Both the position numbers and the translations under genes were made by a program. From contig NC_082717.1 in assembly GCF_030144855.1 (NCBI RefSeq), positions 88,846,001 to 88,910,000 on the forward strand: a stretch of DNA of 64,000 nt, in the 5' to 3' direction. Source of the DNA: Hypanus sabinus. Taxonomy: Eukaryota. The notes below the pieces were generated by a model that saw only the letters and a list, made by a program, of their open reading frames with translations, did no database searches and was not told where the DNA came from. How positions within the stretch are numbered: position 1 is the first letter of the stretch; each line of letters starts with the position of its first letter. Below, piece after piece: positions 62,972 to 64,000 of the stretch.

Positions 62972-63882
62972 TCTACACCTCGGACTTCAACTACTGCACA
63001 GAGTCTTGCCATCTTCAGAAGTTTTCTGATGACTCTGCCATAGTTGGATGCATCAGCAAGGGAGATGAGGCTGAGTACAGGGCGACGGTGGGAAACTTTG
63101 TCACATGGTGTCAGTAGAAGCATCTGCAGCTTAATGTGAAAAAGACTAAGGAGCTGGTGGTGGACCTGAGGGGGGCTAAGGCACCGGTGACCCATTTCCA
63201 TCCAAGGGGTCAATGTGGACATGGTGGAGGATTACAAATACCTGGGGATACGAATTGACAATAAACTGGACTGGTCAAAGAACACTGAGGCTGTCTACAA
63301 GAAGGGTCAGAGCCGTCTCTATTTCCTGAGGAGACTGAGGTCCTTTAACATCTGCCGGATGATGCTGAGGATGTTCTACGAGTCTGTGGTGGCCAGTGCT
63401 ATCATGTTTGCTGTTGTGTGCTGGGGCAGCAGGATGAGGGTAGCAGACACCAACAGAATCAACAAACTCATTTGTAAGGCCAGTGATGTTGTGGGGGTGG
63501 AACTGGACTCTCTGACGGTGTTGTCTGAAAAGAGGATGCTGTCCAAGTTGCATGCCATCTTGGACAATGACTCCCATCCACTCCATAATGCACAGGTTAG
63601 GCACAGGAGTACATTCAGCCAGGGACTCATTCCACCGAGTTGTAACACTGAGCATCATAGGAAGTCATTCCTGCCTGTGGCCACCAAACATTACAACTTC
63701 TCCCTCGGAGTGTCAGACACCCTGAGCCAATAGGCTGGGCCTGGACTTATTTCCACTTGGAATAATTTACTTATTATTATTTATTTATGGTTTTATATTG
63801 CTGTATTTCTGCACTATTCTTGGTTGGAGTTACTGTAACGAAACCCAATTTCCCTCAGGATCAATAAAGTATGTCTGTCTGT
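62972..63882 (+). mobile_element. Rex1/Babar-like LINE 3' fragment
   Basis: ORF 63215-63733 VEDYKYLGIRIDNKLDWSKNTEAVYKKGQSRLYFLRRLRSF…VVCWGS; ends in tcaataaagtat(gtct)n. Confidence 0.9.
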
Positions 63883-64000
63883 AATATGAGAGGGCATAAT
63901 TTTAAGGTAATTGGAGGAAAGTATGGCTGGGGGTGGGGTGAAGGGGAATGTCTGAGGTAATTTTTTTTAACACAGAGTGCTGGGTGTATGGAACGTGCTG

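Overview
Vertebrate genomic DNA. The repeat content (CR1, Rex/Babar-like and Penelope retroelements, V-domain tRNA SINE, Tc1/Tigger remnants) suggests a cartilaginous fish, probably a ray; this is an inference. Host genes follow the human 2p22 order: SRSF7 (- strand, coding exons 1-2), GEMIN6 (+, complete CDS in two exons) and DHX57 (-, last two exons). An intronless ARF6-type CDS lies between SRSF7 and GEMIN6, where human has no ARF6. The most unusual object is a very young, intact 4,476-bp Gypsy LTR retrotransposon (25122-29597, - strand) with identical 212-bp LTRs, a 5-bp TSD and a single 1,326-aa gag-pol ORF. It has no tRNA primer-binding site. Instead, the PBS position holds a perfect 16-nt complement of its own LTR poly(A)-signal segment, suggesting self-priming. 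It also has a YLDN reverse-transcriptase motif and the same PDRLDL hexapeptide at both ends of the polyprotein. Other oddities are a Tigger/pogo-like element carrying an ITS2-like/28S rDNA fragment inside SRSF7 intron 1, several Penelope-type minimal hammerhead motifs, and two minisatellites that grew inside retroposon copies. Boundaries of degraded repeats are approximate. All identifications come from reading the sequence and recalled homologues, not from database searches.
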